A DNA stretch of 64,000 nt from Candidatus Poribacteria bacterium (lineage in GTDB: Bacteria > Poribacteria > WGA-4E > GCA-2687025). Position 1 is the first letter of the stretch. The number at the start of each line of letters is the position of its first letter. The DNA lies in contig OY762492.1 in NCBI GenBank assembly GCA_963665845.2, forward strand, positions 800,001 to 864,000, in the 5' to 3' direction. Below, in pieces: positions 9,408 through 18,932 of the stretch. A program made the position numbers and the translations under genes. The notes under the pieces were generated by a model, which made no database searches, had not been told where the DNA came from, and saw only the letters and a program-made list of their open reading frames with translations.

Positions 9408-10490
9408 TTAAGGCTGCGCCTCAAAATAGGAGGTGAGCTGGCGCGCGGTGAGACTCACCAGCGGAATCACGCGCCGATACGGCATCCGTATCGGACCGAT
9501 CACGCCGAGCGACCCGACGCGCCGATCCGCCAGGCGGTACGCCGCTGAGACGACGCTGTAACCGTCCAGCCCGGCGCCCCGCAGTTCGCTGCCGATGCGC
9601 ACCGTCACTTTGGAGGACTCGCCGCGCGGAAGCCGAAACAGCGACACCACCGAATCGGGCGACTCCAGCGTTTCATACAGCGCGTCCAGCTTTCCGGCGC
9701 TTTCCAGCAGCGGCGGAATGAGCAGATTTCGGATGCCGTCAAAATACACATCGGACTGAAACTCGGTCAAAAACGCGCTCTGGGCAATCTCAACAGCCGC
9801 GTCCCGCTTTTCCTCGTCAAACATGTTTTCGACGGCGCCGTATTCTTGCACAAGCCGCCGTATCTCGCGGAGACGCTTGCCGGCAAACAGCCGATTCAAC
9901 GCCCGCTCCGCCGCCTCCACAACGGCGCGCGACACCGGATTGCTCAAAATCAGCATGCGCTGCTTGACGAGACCCATGTCCAAAATGAGCGCCGCAAGGA
10001 CGCTCCGCTCCGCAAACCGATACAACGCGAGGCGCGACAGAACCGCCTCCCGCGTCTCGCCGTCCAAAACGACGCCGATATAATGCGACAAGCGCGCCAA
10101 AAGCTGGCATGCGGCGTTCAGCAGATCGTCCCACTGCTCGGCGTTGGCGGCGCCGCGCCGGGAGGGGAGTCGGCGCCGTATCGCTTCTTTCAGCGGCGGG
10201 GCGGAGTCCAGGTTTCGGGCGAGCAGCCTGTCCACATAGAGCCGATACGCCTTTTGCGTCGGGACGCGCCCGGCGGAGGCATGCGGGCGGCGCAGGTACC
10301 CGCTCTCTTCCAGCGCCGCCATGACATGGCGCGCCGTCGCGGGGCTGATTGTCCATCCGCGCGTTTCGACCAGCCGCTTGGAGCCGACCGGCTCCGATCT
10401 GGCGGCGTGAATCTCGATGACAGCGTCCAGAACCTGAATCTGCCGCTCGGTCAATGTTTCGGGCGGAGGGGGCGCCGCTCGTTCAACCAT
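9408..10490 (-). CDS. hrcA: heat-inducible transcription repressor HrcA
   Basis: LTERQIQVL, EPVGSK, SPATARHVMAALE, PHASAGRVPT, GSLGVIGPIRMPY; start codon uncertain (10490-10523). Confidence 0.95.
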   Translation of the reverse strand: MVERAAPPPPETLTERQIQVLDAVIEIHAARSEPVGSKRLVETRGWTISPATARHVMAALEESGYLRRPHASAGRVPTQKAYRLYVDRLLARNLDSAPPLKEAIRRRLPSRRGAANAEQWDDLLNAACQLLARLSHYIGVVLDGETREAVLSRLALYRFAERSVLAALILDMGLVKQRMLILSNPVSRAVVEAAERALNRLFAGKRLREIRRLVQEYGAVENMFDEEKRDAAVEIAQSAFLTEFQSDVYFDGIRNLLIPPLLESAGKLDALYETLESPDSVVSLFRLPRGESSKVTVRIGSELRGAGLDGYSVVSAAYRLADRRVGSLGVIGPIRMPYRRVIPLVSLTARQLTSYFEAQP

Positions 10491-10525
10491 AAAAGACCGC
10501 TCCATGCGTCGCATACACTGCATAT

Positions 10526-10554
10526 AGGATAGCGCCGTTCGCCCGCTTGGTCAA
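10526..10554 (-). promoter_or_regulatory. sigma70-type promoter of hrcA operon
   Basis: TTGACC-17-TATCCT. Confidence 0.6.
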
Positions 10555-10574
10555 GGCGCCTGCGCTGACGGGGA

Positions 10575-10715
10575 GTACGCTCATGCGATGATAGTCGTTT
10601 TTTAATCCTAAAGCGTCCGCGCCGCCGGTCCGTCATTCCCGTGAAAACGGGAATCTTAGGCGTCGCAGACGCCGTCCATATCGCGTCTCCGACCAACATC
10701 ATCGTATGGGCGTAC
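10575..10715. mobile_element. MITE-like element type C (about 141 bp, 18-bp TIRs, internal REP)
   Basis: GTACGCTCATGCGATGAT ... ATCATCGTATGGGCGTAC (16/18 inverted match); internal GTCATTCCCGTGAAAACGGGAATC; end fragments near 28873 and 54827. Confidence 0.6.
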
Positions 10716-10730
10716 AGCCGCGCTGACGGG

Positions 10731-10879
10731 AGTCTCTATAGACGATGTTTTCGATTTTTAGAGCGCCGTTTAAAATGCGGAGGCGGTCTGGAAAAACTCT
10801 GGATTCCCGCTTGCGCGGGAATGACGGTTTAGATCGGCGGGCCGCTGCGCAAAAATGAACGTCATCGCCTGTAGAGACT
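10731..10879. mobile_element. MITE-like element type B (about 149 bp, 17-bp TIRs, internal REP)
   Basis: AGTCTCTATAGACGATG ... CATCGCCTGTAGAGACT (15/17); inverted homolog at 24098..24249. Confidence 0.7.
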
Positions 10880-10889
10880 TCCAATAACG

Positions 10890-10960
10890 GAGCCTGCTTG
10901 CGCCGCCGCCCCGCCTCGTTTATTCTGCATCAACGAAACAGCGTGAAGCGGAGAGACGAT
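10890..10960 (+). repeat. 71-bp direct repeat copy 1 (promoter and leader)
   Basis: 70/71 identical to 11954..12024; contains TTGCGC-17-TATTCT and GGAGAG SD. Confidence 0.9.
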
Positions 10961-11066
10961 ATTGAGGGTGATCCAGATCCTCACGGTTGCGGTCACATTA
11001 AACTTCGCTTACAATAGGATTGAAATGTCCCATGGAACAGCTCCCTAAGAAAGAAATACATTCTCC

Positions 11067-11915
11067 ATGAAACGTTTTTGGGCGGCTCTTGTATTCGCTG
11101 CGTGCGTTGCGCTTGCTGTCTTCGTGTGGTTATGGGCAAATCGAGACGGCGGCAAGGGCGTTGAAAACGGCGCGGAGCTGACTCTGCAACAGCAGTCGCC
11201 GCGAATAAACCAGCCCGATGTCCAAGAGGCGCCGCCCCGCGCCGACATCGAAACGCCAAAGCCTGTGTCGGCGGACACAGACCAACCGCATCGAACAATT
11301 CCCCTCGCTGCGAACGCGGGCGAACTTAAGTTTGCGACGATAGACGCGACTCTTGACGAATATACGCGCCTTGTGGTCATTGAATATGACCGATTGCTGG
11401 ACGAAGGTCTCGAGCAACTCGCTGCGCAGATGCAGGCGAGAGTGATTGTTCAAGATCGTATTTACAAAGGCGGCGCCTATCCTGAGTTGTGGAGGTCGCT
11501 CGTCTATTTTCAGGACGAGATACCGCCTCACGAATTAAGCTCAACGGCTCTGCTCGTTCGGGGAGGGCGTATCTCAAGGACGCTGTTGCCCAATGTGTTC
11601 ACCTTACCGAACGGAGAGCTTTACACGATCAAGGAGCCGAATACCAAAGTGGTCGTGCGCTATCAAACGCGGCCGTTTTCAACGAAAAAGAAACTTTTAG
11701 ATTTGGAAATGTTGATAAATGATGAGCGAGATTTGTTGGAAAGGCAAAGAAACGGGGAGCTGTCTTTGGAGCGGCAGCTGCAATCTGTCCGCCTTAAGAT
11801 TGAGTCCATGGAAAATCCGCCTCCCACCCATAAAACTTTCAAATATACATGGGGTTATGAGGATCATCCCGATTTCAAAATCATTGAGCTGAATTTGGGG
11901 CTTATTGAGAATTAG
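11067..11915 (+). CDS. hypothetical protein with N-terminal membrane anchor, lower GC
   Basis: 282-aa ORF, MKRFWAALVFAACVALAVFVWLW, visibly AT-richer codon usage. Confidence 0.75.
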   Translation: MKRFWAALVFAACVALAVFVWLWANRDGGKGVENGAELTLQQQSPRINQPDVQEAPPRADIETPKPVSADTDQPHRTIPLAANAGELKFATIDATLDEYTRLVVIEYDRLLDEGLEQLAAQMQARVIVQDRIYKGGAYPELWRSLVYFQDEIPPHELSSTALLVRGGRISRTLLPNVFTLPNGELYTIKEPNTKVVVRYQTRPFSTKKKLLDLEMLINDERDLLERQRNGELSLERQLQSVRLKIESMENPPPTHKTFKYTWGYEDHPDFKIIELNLGLIEN

Positions 11916-11953
11916 TTTCAAAATTGCCTGGCTTGCCGTCCGCCTTGAAAAGT

Positions 11954-12024
11954 GAGCCTGCTTGCGCCGCCGCCCCGCCTCGTTTATTCTGCTTCAACGA
12001 AACAGCGTGAAGCGGAGAGACGAT
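11954..12024 (+). repeat. 71-bp direct repeat copy 2 (sulfatase promoter and leader)
   Basis: Ends on the AT of the sulfatase ATG (12023). Confidence 0.9.
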
Positions 12025-13441
12025 GAAACGCCCGAACGTCCTTGTCCTGTTTGCAGACCAGTGGCGCGCCCATGCGACCGGCTTCGACGGAAACGCTCAA
12101 GTCGAGACGCCGCATCTGGACGCGCTCGCCGACGAAAGCGTCCAGTTCAAACATGCGATCGCCGGCGTCCCTGTCTGCACGCCGTCCCGCGCCTGCTTTC
12201 TCACAGGGCAGACGGCGCTGACGCACGGCTTGTTTGTGAACGACGTCCCGCTCAACACGCGCGGAACCAGCGCCGCCGAAGCGTTCCAATCCGCGGGCTA
12301 TCAAACCGCCTACATCGGCAAGTGGCACATCAACAACCACGGGCGCGCCAACCCCGTCCCGCCCGACAGGCGCCTCGGCTTCGATTACTGGAAGGCGCTG
12401 GAGTGTACGCACAACTACAACAACTCTTTCTACTACGAGGGCGATTCAACCGAGCGGCGCGTTTGGGACGGGTACGACGCCTTCGCCCAGACGAAAGACG
12501 CGGAGCGGTATATCCGCGAACGCGGCGGTTCCGCGCCGTTTTTCTTGACGCTCGCATGGGGACCGCCGCATGCGCCGTACCACACCGCGCCGGACGAATA
12601 CCGCGCCCGTTTCAACCCTGACGAGGTACAGCTCCCGCCGAATGTTCCGGCGGAAGTGGAGGCGGCGGCGCGGCGCGACCTTGCCGGCTACTACGCCCAC
12701 TGCGCCGCGCTGGACGACTGCGTCGGCTCCCTTTTACAGACGCTGCGCGAAACGGGTCAGGACGAAAACACGCTGCTGCTTTTCACCTCCGACCACGGCG
12801 ACATGCTCGGTTCGCAAGGCTTATGGAAAAAACAGTGTCCGTGGGAGGAGTCGATTCGCGTCCCGTTTCTGCTGCGTTGCCCCGCTAAGCTGGGGCGCGA
12901 AGGGCGCGTCATCGACGGCGCCGCCATCGACCTGCTGGACGCGATGCCGACGCTGCTGGGGCTGGCGGAGGCGGAGATACCGGACACGATGGAAGGCGCC
13001 GACTTCTCCGCCTGCGTCCAGGGCGGCGCGCCTCCGAACGACGGCGCGGTCGTCACCGCCTGTTACCACCCCTTCGGTCAATGGCGCGCCGACAACGGCT
13101 GCCCCTCTCTCGGCGAGTATCTGCGCCGTCTGAACGAGGAACAGCGGGCGGACATCCTGAAACGGAAAGCGGGGCGCGAATACCGCGGGCTGCGAACGCC
13201 GCGCTACTCGTATGTTCGTTCGCTGGAGGGGCCGTGGCTGCTGTACGACCTGGAGAAGGACCCGCATCAGCTGAACAACCTGATCGGATCGCCCGAAGCG
13301 TCGGAGGTACAAGGCGAACTGGACGCTTGGCTGTCGCGGCGTTTAGAGGCGCGCGGCGACGCCTTTTTGCCGGGTCAAGCGTATCTGGAGGAGTGGGGGT
13401 ATCAGGTGAACGCGCATGGGACGGTACCCTACACGGGCTAG
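12023..13441 (+). CDS. sulfatase (formylglycine-dependent)
   Basis: RPNVLVLFADQ, CTPSR motif, GYQTAYIGKWH, FTSDHG. Confidence 0.95.
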   Translation: MKRPNVLVLFADQWRAHATGFDGNAQVETPHLDALADESVQFKHAIAGVPVCTPSRACFLTGQTALTHGLFVNDVPLNTRGTSAAEAFQSAGYQTAYIGKWHINNHGRANPVPPDRRLGFDYWKALECTHNYNNSFYYEGDSTERRVWDGYDAFAQTKDAERYIRERGGSAPFFLTLAWGPPHAPYHTAPDEYRARFNPDEVQLPPNVPAEVEAAARRDLAGYYAHCAALDDCVGSLLQTLRETGQDENTLLLFTSDHGDMLGSQGLWKKQCPWEESIRVPFLLRCPAKLGREGRVIDGAAIDLLDAMPTLLGLAEAEIPDTMEGADFSACVQGGAPPNDGAVVTACYHPFGQWRADNGCPSLGEYLRRLNEEQRADILKRKAGREYRGLRTPRYSYVRSLEGPWLLYDLEKDPHQLNNLIGSPEASEVQGELDAWLSRRLEARGDAFLPGQAYLEEWGYQVNAHGTVPYTG

Positions 13442-13519
13442 ACGGCGAGGGGCGTTGAGGCGGGAACCTCTACAAACGATGATGTACGAAAACCCTGTTC
13501 AAATCAAGCAGTACGTCAT

Positions 13520-13731
13520 CTGACCTTACGTCTTTAGTTGGGACATGTCGGCATGACGTCTTACCGCAAGGGCGGACGGTTTCGGGTTCGCCTCTGGATT
13601 CCCGCTTGCGCGGGAATGACGGTCTAGTTGAGCGCGCTTTTTTCGGCGGTTCTCTTGGCAATCTTTTCAATCTTGGCAATCCTAGTTCAGACGACAACTG
13701 CGTCTAAGATTCCCACTTGCGCGGGAATGAC
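13520..13731. repeat. truncated MITE type A plus REPs
   Basis: CTGACCTTACGTCTTTAGTTGGGACA left end; REP at about 13597-13620 and 13708-13731; AATCCTAGTTCAGAC motif. Confidence 0.65.
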
Positions 13732-13751
13732 GGCCTGGATCAGCGGGCGCG

Positions 13752-15068
13752 TCAACTGAAAAGCGCGCCGCGCATCCGCCCGCCCTCTATCGCTTGAAGG
13801 CGGACGCGCCGCAGTTTGCCGATGTCGTCTGGCGCCGCGTCGGTCAATACGCGGAGATAGTTGCCCGTGTAGCCCGCGAGCGACCCGTCCGCGCCTTCTC
13901 TCACATCCTCAATGAGAACCTCGGCAGAGGAGCCGAGCGACGCCTCTTGAAAACGGCGCGTCAGTTTTGCGCCCAGTTCGCGCAGGGCGGCGCTCCGCTC
14001 TCCCGCTGTCCAAGGGGGTATCTGGTCGTCAAACTGCGCCGCCGGCGTCCCCTCCCGCGGGGAGTAGCGGAACGCATGCAGGCGGTGAAAACCGCATCGC
14101 TCCACAACGCGCATCGTCGCCTCAAAGTCCGCGTCCGTCTCCCCTGGGAAGCCGACCATGACGTCGGTCGACAAGCCGATGTCCGGCATCGCTTCCCGCG
14201 CCGATTCCACAAGCGACAGAAACTGACCGGCGGTATAACGGCGGCGCATGCGCTTCAAAACGGGCGTCGACCCGCTCTGCAGCGGCAGATGCAGATGCCG
14301 CGCGCATTTCGGCAGCTCCGCCATCGTCTGTATCAGCTCGGGCGGGACATCCATCGGCTCTATCGATGAGAGGCGCAGCCGTTTCAAGCGGGGCAGCTCA
14401 TGGAGGGCGCGCAGGACATCCGCGACGCTCCAGCGGCGCCGAATATCCTTGCCGTATGCGCCGAGATGAACGCCTGTAACGACGATTTCGGCGTATCCGT
14501 TCTCGGTCAGGCGGCGCGCCTCGTCGGCGATCTCATCCAGCGGACGGCTGCGCATGCGCCCGCGCGTGTAAGGGATAATGCAGAATGAGCAGAACTGGCT
14601 GCAGCCGTCCTGTATCTTCAGGAGGGCGCGCGTTTTTTGGTCAAAGGAGGCGACGCTTAGCCCAAACTCGCCCAGGTCGACGCGCGCGTCCGGGTCGCCG
14701 ACATACTCGCGCTGCAAGGTTTGCGCCCGCTCCGCCTCGCGTACCAGTTCGGTCAGGGCAAACTTTTCCGCGTTTCCAAACACCTTGTCGACGCCTTCAA
14801 TTTCCAGCAGCGCGCTGCCCGCGTTCTGCGCGTAGCAGCCCGTGACGAATATCGTCGAGTCGGGGCTGATGCGGTGAATGCGCCGTATCGCCTTGCGCGC
14901 CTTGGCGTCCGACTGCCCCGTCACGGAGCATGTGTTGACGATATACAGATCGGCGCGTTCGGGCGGGTGAACCATGCGGTAGCCGGCGTCGGTCAACGCT
15001 TCGCCCATCGCCTGCGAGTCGTACTGGTTCGCCTTGCATCCGAAGCTGACGATGGAGGCGGTTTTCAT
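13752..15068 (-). CDS. mtaB: tRNA t6A37 methylthiotransferase MtaB
   Basis: GCKANQYDS, NTCSVT, radical SAM GCSQFCSFC, LHLPLQSGS, YSPREGT, TRAM-like C-terminus. Confidence 0.93.
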   Translation of the reverse strand: MKTASIVSFGCKANQYDSQAMGEALTDAGYRMVHPPERADLYIVNTCSVTGQSDAKARKAIRRIHRISPDSTIFVTGCYAQNAGSALLEIEGVDKVFGNAEKFALTELVREAERAQTLQREYVGDPDARVDLGEFGLSVASFDQKTRALLKIQDGCSQFCSFCIIPYTRGRMRSRPLDEIADEARRLTENGYAEIVVTGVHLGAYGKDIRRRWSVADVLRALHELPRLKRLRLSSIEPMDVPPELIQTMAELPKCARHLHLPLQSGSTPVLKRMRRRYTAGQFLSLVESAREAMPDIGLSTDVMVGFPGETDADFEATMRVVERCGFHRLHAFRYSPREGTPAAQFDDQIPPWTAGERSAALRELGAKLTRRFQEASLGSSAEVLIEDVREGADGSLAGYTGNYLRVLTDAAPDDIGKLRRVRLQAIEGGRMRGALFS

Positions 15069-15751
15069 GGGTCGCTCCTTTGGGCGTTTGCGGCGGCTTG
15101 GCGTATGTTGTCGGCGGCGGCGGCGAGGTCGTCGGAACCGAACAGGGCGGAGCCGGCGACAAACGCGGACACGCCCGCCCGCGCCAGCGTCGGCGCCGTC
15201 TTGGTTGAGACTCCGCCGTCCGCTTGAATGCGTACCTGCAGCCCGCGCCGTTCGATCTCATCGCGCGCCGCGGCGATCTTTGGGACGACTTCAGGCAAAA
15301 AACGCTGCCCGGAAAAGCCTGGATAAACGGTCATCGGCAAAAGCAGGTCGATCTGGTCAAGATACGGAAACGCCGCTTCTGCCGCGGCGTCCGGTTTTAA
15401 GGCGAGGCCGGCGCGGCAGCCGGCGGCGCGGATCGTTTCTAAAATGGACGCCGTATCGCCGCCCGCCTCCAGATGAATGGTGATCTGGTCAGCCCCCGCC
15501 GACGCAAACCGCTCCGCCCAAGGCAGCGGATCGTAAAGCATCAGGTGGACGTCCAAAAACAGCTCGGCGCCCCGCCGCAGATCCGACACCGTCTTGGGAC
15601 CGAAGGAGAGGTTTGGGGCAAATCTGCCGTCAAACAGATCGATATGAACCCATTCGCAGCCGGCCTCTTCGATGCGTTTCAGTTCGCCGCCGAGGTTCGA
15701 CATATCGGCGGAAAGAAGCGAGGGGGCGATGACGATCGTCGGCTTGTTCAT
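15065..15751 (-). CDS. rpe: ribulose-phosphate 3-epimerase
   Basis: IAPSLLSAD, HIDLFDGRFAPNLSFG, DVHLM, PGFSGQ, ADGG. Confidence 0.96.
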   Translation of the reverse strand: MNKPTIVIAPSLLSADMSNLGGELKRIEEAGCEWVHIDLFDGRFAPNLSFGPKTVSDLRRGAELFLDVHLMLYDPLPWAERFASAGADQITIHLEAGGDTASILETIRAAGCRAGLALKPDAAAEAAFPYLDQIDLLLPMTVYPGFSGQRFLPEVVPKIAAARDEIERRGLQVRIQADGGVSTKTAPTLARAGVSAFVAGSALFGSDDLAAAADNIRQAAANAQRSDP

Positions 15752-16764
15752 GGCAAGCGTTTCCGTTGTATGGGGCGTTTCATGTCGTTTTCATAGATGA
15801 GCAGCCGCGCGTTTCCGACGACCGTTCTCGGAAAGCTGAGCGGGCTTCCGCCTTGAACGCGGTCATCGATCAGAATATGCCTGCCTTCGTCATCCTCAAT
15901 AACAAGCCGAACATGTTGGTAGGCGCCGCGGCTGCCTGTTACGGTATGGGAAGCGACGACCAGCCTGCCCGCTCTGGAGCCGCCCGCCGCGTTCAACGTT
16001 AGCCGAACGAACGCTCCTTGGTAGGTCATTTCGCCCGGCGCCGGCTCCTGCGACAGCGCGATCGGGCGCCGCGGACGGCTCGGATCAATCCCGATCTTCA
16101 CATCGCCGATGCGCAAGCCGCGCTCGGCGAGTATCGCTTCCGCCTCCGTGAATTCCTTGCCAATCAGGTTCGGCATGCGAACCTGGATTCGGCGCGGGCC
16201 GAGGCTGACAAGTATATCGATCTTTGAGCCGCTCTCAACGGCGTCGCCGCTTTGGGGGGTTGAGGCGATCACCTTGCCGGCTTCAACGAGCGCGTCTGAA
16301 TACGCATAGGCGGCGGCGCCGAGGCGCAATCCCGCCGTTTTGATCTGCGACTCCGCCTCCCGCTCCGAGTAGCCGACAATATCCGGCGCGGAGACCATCT
16401 CCGGACCGTTGCTGACGGTGAAAACGAGCGCGCGCGTCGCTTTCACCTTCTGCCCAGGGCGCGGCGTGTGAGAAATGATGTAGCCGAACGGCATCTCCGC
16501 GCTGTGCTGATACGTTGTCTTCGCGTAGTCGACGCGGAAGCCAACATCAAGGGCGCGTTCGACCGCCTCTTTATAGGACAATCCGATCAGGTCGTCCGGC
16601 ACGGCAACCTCCTCTCCCGCCACAAACCCCGGCAGCCAGACATACGCAAACAACAAAAACGCTACAGCCCAGATCAGCGCGGCGGCGACCGCCAGAATGA
16701 ACAAGCCGTTCAACGTGGAGATTGTTCTTAAAAAAAGAAGCGCCCCGCCGACCGCCCATTTCAT
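15748..16764 (-). CDS. PASTA-domain membrane protein (three PASTA, no kinase)
   Basis: TM segment then VPDDLIG, APDIVG, MPNLIG repeats. Confidence 0.9.
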   Translation of the reverse strand: MKWAVGGALLFLRTISTLNGLFILAVAAALIWAVAFLLFAYVWLPGFVAGEEVAVPDDLIGLSYKEAVERALDVGFRVDYAKTTYQHSAEMPFGYIISHTPRPGQKVKATRALVFTVSNGPEMVSAPDIVGYSEREAESQIKTAGLRLGAAAYAYSDALVEAGKVIASTPQSGDAVESGSKIDILVSLGPRRIQVRMPNLIGKEFTEAEAILAERGLRIGDVKIGIDPSRPRRPIALSQEPAPGEMTYQGAFVRLTLNAAGGSRAGRLVVASHTVTGSRGAYQHVRLVIEDDEGRHILIDDRVQGGSPLSFPRTVVGNARLLIYENDMKRPIQRKRLP

Positions 16765-17717
16765 GACGGCTCTCCAGAAAGAAAACGGGATGGAACCGCG
16801 CCGCGCAGACCGTTCAGATAATCGGCGGCGCTCATATCGGCGCGGTTGGGCAGACGGACGGTCAACAGTTCCAGCGCGCCTTGACCTGTCTTAACGCGCA
16901 GAATTCCGCGCGCCGCCTCAACCGTCCCCGGCGGACCGCCGAGCGGCTTCGTCAACTCTTTCACCGCGCTGCACGCAACGATCTTCAGCCGCTGTCCGTC
17001 GGGCAGATATGTCCATGCGCCGGGCCATCCAGCGCAGGCGCGAAACCTGTTATATAAGGTCAACGCGGGCTGGCTCCAGTCGATGCGTCCGTCTTCCCGT
17101 TCCAGCTTCGGCGCCTTTGTCGCGCGCGCGTCGTCTTGAGGCTTCGGCGCCGGCGGGTTGTCAGGGTAACGCTCCACGACTGACGCGAGCAGGTCGGCGC
17201 CGATCTCGGCGAGGCGGGTGGACAATTCCAGCGCCGTATCATCCTTACCGATTTGAACGGGAAGCGACGCCAAGACGGGACCCGTATCCTCCCCCTCATC
17301 CAGCTGCATGATGGTCGCCGCCGTTTTGGTATCGCCGTTCCAGAGGGCGCGCTGTATCGGCGCGGCGCCGCGGTATTTCGGCAGCGCGGACGGATGAAGG
17401 TTGATGAATCCAAAGCGCGGTATCTCTAAAATCGACTTCGGCAGCAGCTGCCCATAAGCGACAACCGCGGCAATGTCCGGTTTCAAACGGCGCAGCGTTT
17501 CGATAAACGCGGCGTCCCGAACGCGCGGCGGCTGTAAAACGGGAATGCCGAGACTCTCCGCGGCAACCTTGACCGGCGGCGGCAACAACTTGCGCCCGCG
17601 TCCGCGCGGACGGTCAGGCTGCGCGACAACCGCCGCCAGCTCCGCCGACGACGAAGACGCCAAACGGCGCAAACTTGGAACCGCAAACTCTGGAACGCCA
17701 AAAAAAACGCATCTCAC
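16761..17717 (-). CDS. fmt: methionyl-tRNA formyltransferase
   Basis: GTG start (GTGA overlap), FFGVPEFA, QPDRPRGRG, NLHPSALPKYRGAAPIQ. Confidence 0.95.
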   Translation of the reverse strand: MRCVFFGVPEFAVPSLRRLASSSSAELAAVVAQPDRPRGRGRKLLPPPVKVAAESLGIPVLQPPRVRDAAFIETLRRLKPDIAAVVAYGQLLPKSILEIPRFGFINLHPSALPKYRGAAPIQRALWNGDTKTAATIMQLDEGEDTGPVLASLPVQIGKDDTALELSTRLAEIGADLLASVVERYPDNPPAPKPQDDARATKAPKLEREDGRIDWSQPALTLYNRFRACAGWPGAWTYLPDGQRLKIVACSAVKELTKPLGGPPGTVEAARGILRVKTGQGALELLTVRLPNRADMSAADYLNGLRGAVPSRFLSGEPS

Positions 17718-18721
17718 AACGGCAGCGATACCGCCTTCCCCGACTCCGACGACAAATACGCCGCCTGCATCAGCTCCGTCAACAGGCGCCCGTCCTGTAT
17801 GTTGATCGTCATCGGCGCGTCGCTGCGTATCGCGTTCACCCACTGCGCCATCGGAATCGGCAAGGCGGCGGGCGCGTTCTCTAGATAGGCGTCTCGCGCC
17901 GCGTCGTCCAGCCGGCGCGTTTCAAGGCGGGGCGGACCTGCGCCCATAACAAGCGAGCCTTCCGTTCCATATAACTCCAGCGGATTCGGACCGGAGCGGT
18001 GAACCCATGACACATCCACGACGCCGATGCCGCCGTTTTCAAACTCGATGAGCGTGACGCTGTTGTCGTCGATCTCATAGGAATCGCTGACGTTGTTGAT
18101 GATCGCCGTCACCTTTTTCGGCTCGCCCATGAGCCACGGGACCACATCCATGCGGTGGCAGCCGAGGTCGAACAGGGCGCCTCCGCCTGCCCGTTCCTTG
18201 TCGGCGAACCAGGCGCTGGGTCCGCCGAACCATCCGTCTAAGGAGGCGGAATGGGCGACTCGTCCGCGCCCGAAAGTCAGGTCGCCGAGGAGGCCGTCTT
18301 CTACCGCTCTTTTGGCGAGAAGCAGGTCGGGTTGGCAGCGGGAAGGGAGCGAGATCATGAACTTGACGCCCGCTTTTTCAACCGCGTCGATGATCGCGTC
18401 GCATCCGTCGATATCAACGGCGAGCGCTTTTTCGGTGAAGATATGTTTGCCTGCCTGCGCCGCTTTGACCATGACATCGGGATGGGCGGAGGTGATCGCG
18501 TTCACGATGACCGCGTCGATGTCGTCCCGCGCGAGCAGGGCGTCCAGGTCGCTGTGGAAATCTAGGTTGTGCCGTTCGGCGCCCTGTACGCCGCCGTATT
18601 CTTCTTCGTCCCAGACGGCGGCGAGCTGAATGCCGTCCAGATCGTTCGCCTGACGGGCGTACCCCTCCGCGTGGACATGGGCGAAGCTGAGCATGGCGGC
18701 TCTCACGATAGGCGGGTTCAT
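17714..18721 (-). CDS. Gfo/Idh/MocA family oxidoreductase
   Basis: AGKHIFTEKALA, GGGALFDLGCH, ELYGTEG. Confidence 0.92.
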   Translation of the reverse strand: MNPPIVRAAMLSFAHVHAEGYARQANDLDGIQLAAVWDEEEYGGVQGAERHNLDFHSDLDALLARDDIDAVIVNAITSAHPDVMVKAAQAGKHIFTEKALAVDIDGCDAIIDAVEKAGVKFMISLPSRCQPDLLLAKRAVEDGLLGDLTFGRGRVAHSASLDGWFGGPSAWFADKERAGGGALFDLGCHRMDVVPWLMGEPKKVTAIINNVSDSYEIDDNSVTLIEFENGGIGVVDVSWVHRSGPNPLELYGTEGSLVMGAGPPRLETRRLDDAARDAYLENAPAALPIPMAQWVNAIRSDAPMTINIQDGRLLTELMQAAYLSSESGKAVSLPL

Positions 18722-18762
18722 GCGTTTCTCCAGTCGGTTGATCTGCTTAAACTATACACCCT

Positions 18763-18824
18763 TCGGCGCGTTTTCTGAACTACGATTTTCAGGTCGGCGC
18801 GTTTTCTGAACTACGATTTTCAGG
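18763..18824 (+). repeat. 31-bp tandem duplication
   Basis: TCGGCGCGTTTTCTGAACTACGATTTTCAGG x2; related TCTGAACTAGGATTTT motif near 2000 and inverted near 13680. Confidence 0.8.
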
Positions 18825-18932
18825 ATTGAAAAGAAGGATAGGATTAGACAGCCGGCGGACAAAGAATTCCCCTTGAAAAAGACGCATTCGCATTCCCCCT
18901 TGAAAAGGGGCTAGGGGGGTTTTCGCCCGCCG

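Noticed and set aside
10880-11960. Integron cassette or IS around the orphan gene
   Set aside because: No attC-like structure, transposase or integrase is recognisable; only the direct repeat is supported.
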